The notes beneath the pieces are model-generated. The model was given only the letters and a program-made list of their open reading frames with translations. It did no database searches and was not told where the DNA came from. Position numbers and translations under genes: made by a program. Positions 42,025-52,588 of a stretch of 58,099 nucleotides of DNA are shown one piece after another (the first letter of the stretch is position 1; the number at the start of each line of letters is the position of its first letter). The stretch is from a virus (taxonomy: Duplodnaviria > Caudoviricetes): the IMG/VR virus record IMGVR_UViG_3300049043_000087, positions 1 to 58,099 of that record. One strand, given 5' to 3'.

Positions 42025-43121
42025 AGGGAGTCGTCCTCACCAGTCATTTCATCCCGAGCGGGAAGAGCTTTGACATCTACAGGATCCGTGGTGCGGGACA
42101 CAGGAAGAATCTCAACACCCGGCTTGATACCGTAGGCACCACCCAGCTTGTCAGCATCTTGCTTGGCATGGATGTTGATGTAATCATTGAACAGTTCCTG
42201 GAACTTCCAGGTGGACTCACGATCCTCATCGGGAATCGAAAGCTTGTTCAGTGATTCGATTGCGTCTTCCTGAGTGCTGTAATCAGGGATGTCAAAAGAT
42301 TCAATTGCGCAGATCTCAACGTTGTTGGCGCCGCGCATCTCATTGGCAAGTATTGGAGCAAATACGGTAGTGGCGTAGAACTTTTCATTAAAGCTCAGAG
42401 GGACTTCAGCATCCAATGCTTTGCTTAGGCACTTGGACATTTCCTTTTCATACAGGCGCACCTTCTCAGATACGTCAGTGCCATTAAGACCTTTGAGGGT
42501 CAGCACCATCGGAATCTTGTGGGCACGCTTATTATCCTGGGTCAGGATGTATACCAGGTATTTGGTACGCACGCTGTAGCGGCGCTTGTACATTTCACCT
42601 TTGCTGTTAGCCAGATCAGCAGCCACCTTGTCGTCATCGAACAAGGCCTTGACTTCTGGATTCTCAAAGGTGCCAATGGTCTGACGCATGCCGCTGGTTT
42701 CTTCCACCATCAGGGGAGAACGCAGCAGGATCTGGAGGCGAGGCTCAGTAAAGTTCAGACCTTCTTCAATGGAAGTGTTGGGTGCCATGCCAAAGGTCTG
42801 CTTGTAGTTCCAGATGACAGAACCTTTAGCAAAGTCAGATTCCTCTGCAGTCCAACCGCAGGTATCCAGATCGGACTTACGTACAAACCAACCACGGGTT
42901 TTGGACTTGTTAAGCGGTTGGATGGTCACCAGGTTCTGGTAACCCGATACAAATTCTTTGGACTGGAACATCTTGAAAGATTCCAGGCCACGGGTAGCAA
43001 GTGCCGAAGTTTTCTTCACAGTCATTTTGTTGGTGGTTTTCAGAGAGGGTGCAGAAGTGGTTTCAGATTCGAGTTCTTCCATCCAGGATTCACTCATCAT
43101 GTCAGTCGGAGCCGTAGTCAT
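42021..43121 (-). CDS. DUF5895-like protein (possible ssDNA-annealing or recombination role)
   Basis: Intact 366 aa ORF with GWFV..CGW, PRLQILLRSPL and an acidic tail; downstream of SSB. Confidence 0.55.
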   Translation of the reverse strand: MTTAPTDMMSESWMEELESETTSAPSLKTTNKMTVKKTSALATRGLESFKMFQSKEFVSGYQNLVTIQPLNKSKTRGWFVRKSDLDTCGWTAEESDFAKGSVIWNYKQTFGMAPNTSIEEGLNFTEPRLQILLRSPLMVEETSGMRQTIGTFENPEVKALFDDDKVAADLANSKGEMYKRRYSVRTKYLVYILTQDNKRAHKIPMVLTLKGLNGTDVSEKVRLYEKEMSKCLSKALDAEVPLSFNEKFYATTVFAPILANEMRGANNVEICAIESFDIPDYSTQEDAIESLNKLSIPDEDRESTWKFQELFNDYINIHAKQDADKLGGAYGIKPGVEILPVSRTTDPVDVKALPARDEMTGEDDSL

Positions 43122-43143
43122 GGTTGGTTCTGAGTTGGAACAC

Positions 43144-43170
43144 GGATGCTTTTAACGTCATCCCAGGACG
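43144..43170 (-). promoter_or_regulatory. Pseudoknot leader element, copy 2
   Basis: CGTC-CTGGGAT-GACG-TTAAAAGC-ATCC; 22 nt before ATG at 43121. Confidence 0.7.
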
Positions 43171-43175
43171 GGTGC

Positions 43176-43460
43176 TTACTCTAATTCGTCTTGTTGCAAT
43201 GGCAAAGACGTTTGTTTCTTTTCTTGACATTGGAAGTGTTCTTCCGCAATGTCACGCATGCAGCCATAGATTACATCATCGTAATGACCACATCCCCGCA
43301 GAAAATCTACAATGTGTCGAATGATGTTATCTGTAAACACCTCCTGGAATGTTGTTAGGTTTTGGCTATTGCCATCCTGGTGCAACAAATAGAAAGTGTC
43401 ATGAGGAAGTTCTTTATCCAGAGGAAGAACAAACTCAAACTCAGGTTTTTGATTTTCCAT
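43176..43460 (-). CDS. Hypothetical protein
   Basis: 94 aa ORF with VDFLRGCG. Confidence 0.65.
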   Translation of the reverse strand: MENQKPEFEFVLPLDKELPHDTFYLLHQDGNSQNLTTFQEVFTDNIIRHIVDFLRGCGHYDDVIYGCMRDIAEEHFQCQEKKQTSLPLQQDELE

Positions 43461-44266
43461 TAGAAAGGTGCCTCCTCTAGTTCAGGTGCAGCGCCGTATC
43501 GACCAGGCAACTCGGGCAGGCCCGAATTAACAGACCAAGGATCCCCCTCCTCTTCCGAGCCACGCCCGCCCCACAGGGGAGCTGCTGTATCCGACGACAA
43601 GGTAGTCGACGGTTTGATCTCCTGCGTGTTCGGTGTTTGATTCCCCTTGGGAGCCAAGGTCATAGAGATTAGCTGGATCTTGGTCTGGCTTTTCTTTTCA
43701 CCACTGGTATTATCCTTCCAGGAATCAGTGACCAGCCTGCCCTGGATTGTAAGACCAGTTCCCTTGCGTGTGAAATTAACCAGGAGTTCTGCGTTGTTTA
43801 ACTTATCCTCTGCCGTATTAATGGCATAGAAGTTAAACAGATCAGCTTGGTTACGCCCAGTGTTTACAGACAGTGTTTGATTACAGATCATCAACCCACT
43901 TTCCGTAGTTTTAAACACCCTGGCATCGTCCGTAGCAATGTCTTTAACGCAACGGCCGCTGAGGATGACGGTGTTAAGCATCGGGAACTGATCGTTGACC
44001 TGTACAGCAGTGCCGCCATGGAGCGAGTGTGTTCTGCTGTCGACATCAAAGCGTAGCTTGGCGCCGTGAATGTAGATGTAGTTTCCTTTACGGAGCCTAG
44101 AGAAACGCTCGGCGTTCTTTCCATAGATGTTGAGATCAAGTTGAGTTTGAGCTTTGTTACCCACGGGCGGCAGGATGACCGTGCAGCGCATGGCAGTTGA
44201 TGAAGCTGAGGTAAAAACCTCGCGCGGATCTTCGGACAGATACGCGTATATAGAAGCAAAGTTCAT
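43460..44266 (-). CDS. ssb: Single-stranded DNA-binding protein with two OB folds
   Basis: NTVILSGR..D, RKGTGLTIQGRL..DSWKD..GEKKS, acidic EEAPF C-terminus. Confidence 0.85.
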   Translation of the reverse strand: MNFASIYAYLSEDPREVFTSASSTAMRCTVILPPVGNKAQTQLDLNIYGKNAERFSRLRKGNYIYIHGAKLRFDVDSRTHSLHGGTAVQVNDQFPMLNTVILSGRCVKDIATDDARVFKTTESGLMICNQTLSVNTGRNQADLFNFYAINTAEDKLNNAELLVNFTRKGTGLTIQGRLVTDSWKDNTSGEKKSQTKIQLISMTLAPKGNQTPNTQEIKPSTTLSSDTAAPLWGGRGSEEEGDPWSVNSGLPELPGRYGAAPELEEAPF

Positions 44267-44286
44267 GTGTTCGGAAGTTAGGTAAA

Positions 44287-44313
44287 AGGCAGTTTAACGT
44301 CGTACCTGGGACG
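44287..44313 (-). promoter_or_regulatory. Pseudoknot leader element, copy 3
   Basis: CGTC-CCAGGTAC-GACG-TTAAAC-TGCCT; 20 nt before the ssb ATG. Confidence 0.8.
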
Positions 44314-44318
44314 TGGCA

Positions 44319-46176
44319 TCAGTGCGTGTTAGCCCAGCTACACCGACCCTTGAGTCGCCGTCAATCTTACAGCGAAATCCAAAAAATTCCTGTGCTTGCG
44401 GAAACGCACGCAAAGCTTGCTCTTGAATCACGGGCGTTAGATCCTTAGGACAGGACAGTTGGATCTCATCGTGAATCATGGCGTGTTGAATCCAATCATG
44501 CTCATGTCTTAATCCCAGTTCCATTAAGTTGTTATGTAAGTTAATGACAACTTGTTTCATGATGAGTGCGCCTGCAGCTTGCAGTAGAAGATTTAATCCT
44601 TTGAATTCAGACCTACAGAACAATGCACGCTATCCAAACCCCGTAGAAATCCACGGGATTGGATTGTTAATGCAATGTTTTCCTTCAAAGATTTAAGAGC
44701 TGGTACACCCTTCATGAATGAATTGATTGCAGCACTTCCTTTCTGACGTAATGTATCTGCATCTTTTTCATTCGGATCAATGATGGTTCCTGCTTTCATA
44801 GCGCCACATCCATAGAGCATTCCATACAGCAAACGCTTGCTTACGTCTCTGTTATCCACACCAAACTGCTGCTGGTTGTAAGTATGAATGTCAATAGATT
44901 CATCTGTTACCAGACGAGCGTATTCACCGTCATCCCAGATGGCTAGGTATCCGGCCAAGCAACGTAACTCAAGAGCCTTAGCATCGACCCCAATAAGGTC
45001 CCAATTATGAGGAGCGTGGAAAAGGTTTCGACATTCTTTTCCATATGGGGAGTAAGATGCTGGGACCTGACCCATATTTGGATTGCGGTGTGCGCAGCGC
45101 CCGCTAATGCAACCGTTAGTAACCAGATCGCCGTGCATACATAGGTCATTGTTGTTGACAAGCTTGAGCCAGGCATTGTTTCCATCAGCAATTTGACCAA
45201 GGCGTTTCTTGACCAGCATGTATTCAGCTAAGGGTCCAGCTTCGGGGTAGGGCAAAGCCGCGAGTATATCGTCATCAAGTATTGGATTTCCTTTTTCCGT
45301 TGTTTTGTCCGGCGTCCATCCGTACTTTTGTTTAAGTCGGTCAGCAATCTAGTACGAGATCCCGGATTGAATTCCTCAAAGCGAACCTTCGTGAAGGGCT
45401 GACCTTTAACATAGCCTCGTGTTTTGTTATTGACCTTAGGGATAAAGGTATCTTCATGCCGTATTGGCGGAAACAGTTCCTTTAGGCGGCTCTCAAGTTC
45501 CGCTTGCTTTGTTCTAAGGTCATCCACAAGATCAAGGCATGCATCAACATCAAAAGGAAAACCTGCTCGCACTTGTCGGTTAATTGCCAAGGCAAAGTCA
45601 TGCTCCAGTTTGAGCGCGGGTTCCGGATAGTTTTGGTTAACAATGAACTGCCAAAGCTTGCGAGTAACTGCAACGTCCTGGACGCAGTAGTCCAACATCT
45701 CTTGAGAATATGAGGAGAAGTCCTTGAACTCGATCTTATGATCGGCCAAGCGCCATCCCCATGCCTCAAGAGATGCGGTACCACGCCGCTTCGCTGGAAC
45801 TTGCGGATATTGTTCACTGTCTAATATCCTCTAAAACTTCTTTTGGCCAGATCAATCTGGTACAAATAAGCGTGTCGATAATGCGGCATTTGACGGAGAA
45901 TGAATGTAGTTTTTGTAGAACAGGGATGTCATAAAAAATTATGTTGTGCCCAATGAGAACATCAGCGGTTGCCAGATGAGCAAGAGCAGCATCAATGCTG
46001 TCAGGCCCATAAGTAAAAGTTTTTGCTCGTGTAATGTCATGGAGGACAATGCAAAAAACTTCTGTAGCTTGGTCATAAAGCCCATTGGTTTCGATGTCAA
46101 AAATCAACCAGGTTTCATTTTCTGAACCGGGCTTCATCTTGAATTGAGAGTTCTTCACCGGCAAGAGTTTTGTCAT
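44319..46176 (-). CDS. polA: Family A (T7-like) DNA polymerase with 3'-5' exonuclease (several read frameshifts)
   Basis: FDIETNGL, GHNIIFYD, YCVQDV, GVDAKALELR, KRLLYGMLYG, LLQAAGA, IHDEIQ. Confidence 0.93.
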
Positions 46177-46348
46177 TGTTGTTAATCCACGCCAAGATCG
46201 ACTGAGCCCCTGCCCTGTAGGGATGGGAGAAAATCCTGTTCAGAGCTACTTCTGAATCTAACGGAATTAACAGAAATTGTTTGTCAGAAGGACAGGCAGT
46301 AATGGCGTACGGCCTGCCCTCTTTCCACGTAGCAATAACGTAAGACAT
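46115..46348 (-). CDS. Hypothetical protein
   Basis: 77 aa ORF. Confidence 0.55.
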   Translation of the reverse strand: MSYVIATWKEGRPYAITACPSDKQFLLIPLDSEVALNRIFSHPYRAGAQSILAWINNNDKTLAGEELSIQDEARFRK

Positions 46349-46404
46349 ACAAAAGATGAAAGACGGACAGATAATATCTAATCCATCAAGACATGCAAGG
46401 TGTT

Positions 46405-47172
46405 TTACGTTATCTCCTGATTTGATTTGCCGTATCCCACAAATCCACCTTCTTTCTTGCGTTGAGAGATAGCTTTGCTTGCGTCAGAGCCAGCACGCTG
46501 GGAGCCATGAACCAGCAATGCAAACGGTTTGTCACCTAAGCAATGACTGTCATCATGGTCAATTTCTAAACCACGTTTAACAGCTTCTGCTTCTGTGTAA
46601 ACAACGTAAGCAATACGTTGAAATACCTTTGGATGTTTAGGAATTAAGTAGTCAAGCGTACCACCACAAGATGCAGTGAAATAAAAGTTAGCTGGAATCT
46701 GATCAACTAGGTTTAACCACATGCCAAGGGATTTGGTGTAAGCATAAAACTTTTGTTGAGGCCTTGTTTGTGCAGCCATAAGCCAAGCCTTCATGTAGTT
46801 CTCAGTCCAGAAATCGCCAGCTTCATGGACCCGCACCAAATCTTTGGGTGGCATCATGGTCAACGACACATCAATAAGTTTGCAAAGCAAAGCAGCCTGG
46901 TCTTCACCGGAATACATGACTTCTCGCAACAAATCCCAGTTGTGCCAACGAGCATCACGTACGTTAGGCCTAACTTCTGCCATAGCAGAAAAACAACGGA
47001 ACTCATCTGCAATAGTGCCAGTGAGCTGCGGTAAATCTGTAATAGCACCTGTGGTTCTATCTGCAAATGTTTTGCAAACGCCAGCGTTTGGGCATGAGTA
47101 ACCAGATGGCAAGCTAAAGATCAAACGATTCTTGAGCTTACCGTTACCGGTAGAAAACTTAAGGAGTTTCAT
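46405..47172 (-). CDS. Gp88-like protein (radical-SAM-like Cys pattern)
   Basis: GNGKL..FSLPSGYSCP.AG.C..CF, VRVHEAGDF, FYAYTKS. Confidence 0.75.
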   Translation of the reverse strand: MKLLKFSTGNGKLKNRLIFSLPSGYSCPNAGVCKTFADRTTGAITDLPQLTGTIADEFRCFSAMAEVRPNVRDARWHNWDLLREVMYSGEDQAALLCKLIDVSLTMMPPKDLVRVHEAGDFWTENYMKAWLMAAQTRPQQKFYAYTKSLGMWLNLVDQIPANFYFTASCGGTLDYLIPKHPKVFQRIAYVVYTEAEAVKRGLEIDHDDSHCLGDKPFALLVHGSQRAGSDASKAISQRKKEGGFVGYGKSNQEIT

Positions 47173-47193
47173 GAGTTGAATTGAATTGAATGA

Positions 47194-47220
47194 AAGCAGT
47201 TTAACGTCATACTCAGGACG
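47194..47220 (-). promoter_or_regulatory. Pseudoknot leader element, copy 4
   Basis: CGTC-CTGAGTAT-GACG-TTAAAC-TGCTT; 21 nt before ATG at 47172. Confidence 0.8.
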
Positions 47221-47483
47221 ATAAACATGTGATTGTATGGGGTGCAGAAGAGCAGCGTTAACCCCAAAGGAATCAGGGTTTCTGGAGGCTGCACCTTCTT
47301 GTGGTTATGTTACCGCATGAACAACATCATTTACAGATGTTGACATATAGTTTTGGTATCAATAAATACCAAAATGAAACAAGCATTGATTGTTTATTTA
47401 ATAGATAAAAAGAAAAAAATAACACGCAAAGAAACTGAATCTAAACGCGCCATCAAAGAACTAGAAAAACATAAAGCTGCAAT

Positions 47484-48125
47484 TTACTGATTCATTGAAC
47501 ACACAGTTTCTCCAATGATTGGGAACTGTTCACAGAAAATAGTTCTAATTTGTTCTGCAATTTGTCGGTGTTCGAGTTGGGTTCCTGGGTCACAGCGTAG
47601 TTGGATGTAATGAATCCATGAGCGGAGTGTACCGTTCATGTAGAGTTTAGTTTGAGTGCCTAGCGGAAGAATGTTCCTAGCGCACTCTTTGGCAATGCCA
47701 GTGCTGATCATCTCCTTGTAGAGGTGCTCAGCATCTTCAAACAACTGGCTGATACGCCGGTAATAACCAGCGATCTCTTCGGGGGACAGATCATCAATAC
47801 TGTTCTGTCTGTTCTTGTGGTCTTGCCTACGCAGATGCGGGATTTCAGCAGAGCCAAGCTCCCTGGTATCTGCATAACGTTGACTGAATTCCTGGAAACT
47901 AAATGAACGATGTCTCAGGATTTGCGCCGAGATTGAACGAGTTGTTTCAATTTCAACACACATGTTTGCCATTTCAAATGGCGACCAATGTTTATGGTTG
48001 ATCAGGTATTGCAACAGCTTGGGTGCTGTGTCCATGTTGTCCTGATTTCTTGGAGCACTGACGCGTGCCATGTAAACAATCAGTTCTTCTGCATTGGGCG
48101 TAGCAGAGATGAGTTCAACCTTCAT
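47484..48125 (-). CDS. thyX: Flavin-dependent thymidylate synthase
   Basis: HWSPFE, QILRHRSFSFQEFSQRY, KECARNILP, TQLEHR. Confidence 0.96.
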   Translation of the reverse strand: MKVELISATPNAEELIVYMARVSAPRNQDNMDTAPKLLQYLINHKHWSPFEMANMCVEIETTRSISAQILRHRSFSFQEFSQRYADTRELGSAEIPHLRRQDHKNRQNSIDDLSPEEIAGYYRRISQLFEDAEHLYKEMISTGIAKECARNILPLGTQTKLYMNGTLRSWIHYIQLRCDPGTQLEHRQIAEQIRTIFCEQFPIIGETVCSMNQ

Positions 48126-48325
48126 AGTGAATTGCAATGTAGGAAGTAATGATACTTGGCACCCCAAGGATCTGTGTACTGAACCACGTCACAGTTGTTG
48201 TATTTATCTACAACCTTGAACTTAGGTTCAGCTTCAATTGTTTTACCAAACATTGCATAAAACAAAAGAAGAAAAACTAATGAAGCAATTACTGCAACAA
48301 CAACCATTTGAGTACGGTCGTCCAT
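48122..48325 (-). CDS. Small membrane-anchored protein
   Basis: N-terminal hydrophobic helix. Confidence 0.6.
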   Translation of the reverse strand: MDDRTQMVVVAVIASLVFLLLFYAMFGKTIEAEPKFKVVDKYNNCDVVQYTDPWGAKYHYFLHCNSL

Positions 48326-48621
48326 TATTCTCCTGGCACCGATACATTTTTCATCATGCTCTCAAGATCACGTTCGTGACAGATACGAAATGATGCGTGT
48401 TCTCTTGGTGACTTGAGATGATCCCATTGAATTACCAACATGTTTTGCTTGGCCTTGCGTGTAGTAAGTTTGGTTTTAAATCCAACGACCACACCATACC
48501 GTTGTGTACGGTATTGAGCAGTACGCTCTTTGCTTTCTTTTCGGGTAGCAATAATCCCATGGGTCTTGGGGCGTTCCGCAACGCGATCACCAACCCGAAA
48601 GACAACAGGTTTTCGTTTCAT
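48325..48621 (-). CDS. Hypothetical protein
   Basis: 98 aa ORF in a coupled operon. Confidence 0.6.
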   Translation of the reverse strand: MKRKPVVFRVGDRVAERPKTHGIIATRKESKERTAQYRTQRYGVVVGFKTKLTTRKAKQNMLVIQWDHLKSPREHASFRICHERDLESMMKNVSVPGE

Positions 48622-48968
48622 GATTCGTACCAGGTGCAGTCAGAGGATTCAGAAGTGTCGTATTCAGGGAAATCATATGCACACTGTTCGCCATTGTTGT
48701 GTTTGCAATCAGTACACATATATGGTTCCTGTTGTGTTTGAGCTGGCGTAGTGTTAAGCAGTTTATAAAACTGACTAACCAAAAACAAATTCCGCTTTGC
48801 TTCCTCAAAGAAGTCAGATGTAACTTCATGGGTAGTAAAGCGTTCCTTGCAATAATCACATTGTTTACGCCGACGCGTAGAAAAATGTGTTTGCCTGCTT
48901 TCGATAACACGCAAACCAGGTTGTTTGCAGTGTGGACATTCAGGAAGAAGAGTCTTCTGAAACGCCAT
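48618..48968 (-). CDS. NrdR-like Zn-ribbon protein
   Basis: CPHC..RVIESR..TRRRKQCDYCKERFTTHE. Confidence 0.7.
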   Translation of the reverse strand: MAFQKTLLPECPHCKQPGLRVIESRQTHFSTRRRKQCDYCKERFTTHEVTSDFFEEAKRNLFLVSQFYKLLNTTPAQTQQEPYMCTDCKHNNGEQCAYDFPEYDTSESSDCTWYES

Positions 48969-49384
48969 TAGTTTGGATCAATAGAACAAGGTGTGTTATC
49001 AGTAGCTTCCTGTTCTTCTGCTTCTCGTTTCTCTTTAGGAACAGGAATCTTATCCAGTTGCAGTGAATCCAAGATATACAAAGTGGATTCTTCTCCTTTA
49101 ATGCGGAACATATCTGGAATAATCTCCATTGGATTTTGGAGATAGTAATCAATTAGATACAGTTCACACATTTTGAACATAGTTTCCATTGGCAACTCAT
49201 CAACGATGTTTGCCACGGAAGCTTCAAGGACGGCAGGCCATGTATGCCTGGGAATCATGTCGCATACTTTAAGGACAAGATCCATGTCCACCTCAGCAGG
49301 CTGAGGGATTTCTTCCTGTTGTGTTAATACATCTTTATAAGCTTGAGGCAGTTGACTTTCCATTGTTTCTGGGTTGAGTTTCAT
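48968..49384 (-). CDS. Hypothetical protein
   Basis: 138 aa ORF. Confidence 0.6.
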   Translation of the reverse strand: MKLNPETMESQLPQAYKDVLTQQEEIPQPAEVDMDLVLKVCDMIPRHTWPAVLEASVANIVDELPMETMFKMCELYLIDYYLQNPMEIIPDMFRIKGEESTLYILDSLQLDKIPVPKEKREAEEQEATDNTPCSIDPN

Positions 49385-49415
49385 AAGAAAGAGCCCCCGC
49401 TTATAGCAGGGGCTT
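49385..49415 (-). terminator. Probable intrinsic terminator
   Basis: Minus strand AGCCCCTGC-TATAA-GCGGGGGCT followed by CTTTCTT. Confidence 0.7.
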
Positions 49416-49433
49416 GAACATTCCGGCTTGATA

Positions 49434-49796
49434 TTAGGCGGGTTGAGCGGATGTGTCCACTACCTGCTCCATCAAGCCAGCTTCTTTAAGGCGATCGAGC
49501 ATGCCGCACATAATGTTGGCATGGGTATGGGTTTGTTCCATGAACATGCGTGCTCGGTCTGCTGACATAGTGTGGACCCTACCGTCGGGTTCCACATACT
49601 TCCAGCTGCCATCAGGCTGGGGATCACCCTGGAGGGCAAGACGTTCTGAGTTTCGAACGTACCGTAGCTCGAGGTTGTGATAGTCCTTAAGACCGTCAGC
49701 CGCTGTCCAGGTTGCGCCAATGTTGTAGCGTTGCTCATCATCAGAATACGCGTGGAACTCTGGAATGAGATGACGAAAAGCAGAAAGGAATTCCAT
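49434..49796 (-). CDS. Hypothetical protein
   Basis: 120 aa ORF. Confidence 0.65.
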   Translation of the reverse strand: MEFLSAFRHLIPEFHAYSDDEQRYNIGATWTAADGLKDYHNLELRYVRNSERLALQGDPQPDGSWKYVEPDGRVHTMSADRARMFMEQTHTHANIMCGMLDRLKEAGLMEQVVDTSAQPA

Positions 49797-49815
49797 CGTC
49801 GTAATAAGTTGTAGT

Positions 49816-49891
49816 TGGTACCCGAGGTGAGATTCGAACTCACGCTAGAGCGATTTTAAGTCGCTTGCCTCTTCCGCTTGGGCTACTGGGC
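49816..49891 (-). tRNA. trnL: tRNA-Leu (anticodon TAA) with encoded CCA
   Basis: D arm TAGCCCAAGCGGAAGAGGC, anticodon arm AGCGA-CTTAAAA-TCGCT, T arm GTGAG-TTCGAAT-CTCAC, 3' ACCA; one acceptor-stem base apparently missing in the read. Confidence 0.9.
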
Positions 49892-50104
49892 GTACCTGGA
49901 CTTACCTCTACATCAATGGATGTTGAGTGCCAGGTATGGTCATGGGGTAACGGCTCAGTGCCATAATCCCATGTGTACGTGAGTCTTCCTCATCTGCGAG
50001 GATCTTCTTCAATCAGATATGTGCTGGTGGTGAATTGTCATGGATAAATTCACCAATGTTTGCCATGGCCATAGCCGAAGAGCTGGCTTATCGGTGTAGC
50101 TCGG

Positions 50105-51916
50105 TCATATTAAAAGGGGATCCTGTAGCGAGGATAGGATCCCCCAATGCTGTATGGTCAGCCCACAGAGCTTAGCGCCTTGTCTCGGGTTTTGCAACGC
50201 TACCCGGAAGGCTTCTGTGTACTGCTGCTTGAGATGATCAGAGAGAACAGAGTTGGACAAGCCACGGATCTGTTCTACTGACATGAAGCCATTGTTGACC
50301 TTGAGCTGGATGGTAAACTGAGGTTTGCCATCAATCATGCAGAGCACAATAAAGTGCTGTTTTCTGCGGACGCCCTCAGCATATCCAGAGGCAGAGCCCG
50401 ACGCAGTTGCGTCACGGCCTGACCCCAAAGGGCAAGCTGATGGGTGTCATGGGGCTGGAAGAATGTCCAGATCTCCTGGCCCTGCTCAACCTTGATAGGT
50501 TCTGGAAACAGATCTTGAGGCAAGCCCTCGTTGGGATTACTGATCTTCCAGGATTCTGCTTGAACATAATCATGGAACTCAGCAATACGCCAACGTTTGG
50601 GAGGCTCAGAGTGTTTCCTTGTTATGAGAGGATGCGAGCAAGCATGGATACAGTGTCATTCCAATCACTGAAGTGATGAACATGACAGTTGAGGTCTTGA
50701 CTCCAGTTGTATCTGTCTCTGTTTGATTCCTGTTGTTTCTCATGGAACTTGGCAAGCATGCCAAAGAATGAACCAACAGGACATATGCTGACGCAGCCAT
50801 TCTGCCGCCTTGTCAGAACTATAGTTCCTGAACCTGGCACGCAGGCCCAGGTCATACATCTGTTTCTGATAGCAAATCGACAGGGCAGTCCAGGCCAGAT
50901 GCGTCTGAACATGTAGGACGTCCCCAGCGAGTCGCACCTGACCGGCGTCCGACACCGCACATCGATCTCCCGTCTGATAACCGACAGGCAGGCTATTGCT
51001 GATGCAGCAATGGATAGCTGAAGTTCTTCCTGCATCCATTTACGGAAGTATGGAGTATTAAAGATATGGCTGTCTTGCACTTTATCGATGTATCGCAGTT
51101 CATGAGTCCAGTTGACATAACTGGCATAGTGAGTTGCTGCTTTAGCAACAGACAAACAAGTTGTCAACTGGTCTAATTGCCAGCCAACTCTGCTTATCTT
51201 CTGGGATGTGCTTGTTAGAAGTTTCAACAGCTTTCCAGATCTCGTTGGCATTGCATGCGTGCAAATGTCTCACGCGAATCTTTCCCAAGTAGGGATACTT
51301 TCTTCTAATGCTTTACGGAATTCGTCTACCGCTTGGTGAGACTTCACGGCTCTTCTCAGTAGTAAGAAGCAAGGTGATCAGCACGCACCTTGGCCCTGGT
51401 GTAACCATTAAAAATATCTGGTTCGGTTAACTGTAGTTCTGGTGTACACATAAAATGTGGCTACGGCCTACCTGTACCGGCGTGCATTCATCAATCTTGT
51501 CCGGCGTCGAGCGACTAAGAACCTTACGTGCAGAAGCCGTATCTTTAAAACGCAGGTAGCGAAACCATAAACATAATCTTCGCCCTGCGGCGGTAGCCAC
51601 ACGCAGCGTACCAACACTGTTCGGTAGTGGTAGAGGATTGCTTTTGTAAGTAAGCGAGCACGGAGTTGCAACATCCACAGGCGTAGTAAATTTCTGAAAT
51701 CGATAACGTGCCTCATTGCCATTGATGTTATCGATTGCGTCTTGTCTGTAATGATTCTCTTATAACTGAATGTGGAATGAGATGAGGAATGTTTCCTGAA
51801 CTGGATACTTAGATTTCTTGGCAGGATTCTGTTTGCGTTGTTGACGAGCCAGTGCTTTGAGCTGGGTCATACGCCAACAGTTCAGTTTGTAGGTTGGAAG
51901 GTAGTTGGAATTGCAT
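50105..51916 (-). CDS. PcfJ-like protein (heavily frameshifted)
   Basis: C-terminal QPHDTHQLALWGQAV..C..GYA..V..FTIQL..VEQIRGLSN. Confidence 0.6.
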
Positions 51917-51947
51917 GGTAAGTTTGGAGTTGAGTTCGGAGTTCGGC

Positions 51948-51975
51948 GAGCAGTTTAATGCTCATGCTCAGGACA
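51948..51975 (-). promoter_or_regulatory. Pseudoknot leader element, copy 5
   Basis: TGTC-CTGAGCAT-GA(G)CA-TTAAAC-TGCTC; 31 nt before ATG at 51916. Confidence 0.7.
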
Positions 51976-52069
51976 GCTGATCAGTTCATGAACCCAGTGG
52001 CCAGGTAAACTCTGCCCTTAGGTCCACGAACAATGATGTACCAGCGTTTGAATTCGATAGAGAATCCAA

Positions 52070-52330
52070 TCATGGATCTAGATTCCAATCGGATGTGTCG
52101 ACAAGTTGCCAGTTAAGATCGAGTGAATGGAGATAGCTACAGAACCCATCTTCGTCAGTAGGGATCTGTTCGCCATCATCCAATTTGAAAGATGCTGAGC
52201 GAAGAGCTGGAGCCCATTCCTCAGGATCAAAATATGATCCTCGATAAAGGAGGCGCATATCCTCCACAACCGCTGTAACTGTGACATTAGTTCCGTTGAC
52301 TGAAGTGTCTTCAATAGCAAGGACTGACAT
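52070..52330 (-). CDS. Hypothetical acidic protein
   Basis: 86 aa ORF. Confidence 0.6.
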   Translation of the reverse strand: MSVLAIEDTSVNGTNVTVTAVVEDMRLLYRGSYFDPEEWAPALRSASFKLDDGEQIPTDEDGFCSYLHSLDLNWQLVDTSDWNLDP

Positions 52331-52555
52331 AAGTCATACCTCAGTAAGCTGACGTGGTTTCATAAATTCAGAATCAGGTCCAAGTACTTTTCAACAAGAT
52401 CAGGAAATGCATCAAGCAAACGCTGACGATTTACTGGATCTGCAAATTGCAAAGTTTGTGCCGAATGCACTAACGAATGAACCGCCACTAGCCTGCATGA
52501 GACAGAGCATGGCAAAAAACTGTGTTTGATTCATGGATTGAATTGCAATGTGATG

Positions 52556-52583
52556 TGAGCAGTTTAACGTCATACTCAGGACG
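52556..52583 (-). promoter_or_regulatory. Pseudoknot leader element, copy 6
   Basis: CGTC-CTGAGTAT-GACG-TTAAAC-TGCTCA; 21 nt before ATG at 52534. Confidence 0.8.
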
Positions 52584-52588
52584 GATCT

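Noticed and set aside
44319-46176. Split or intron-containing DNA polymerase, or programmed frameshifts
   Set aside because: Pieces are contiguous with no inserted sequence, and indels occur throughout the read
50105-52000. Locally high error density as evidence of modified DNA or pseudogenes
   Set aside because: Single-read quality varies along a read; this cannot be separated from biology without raw signal or coverage
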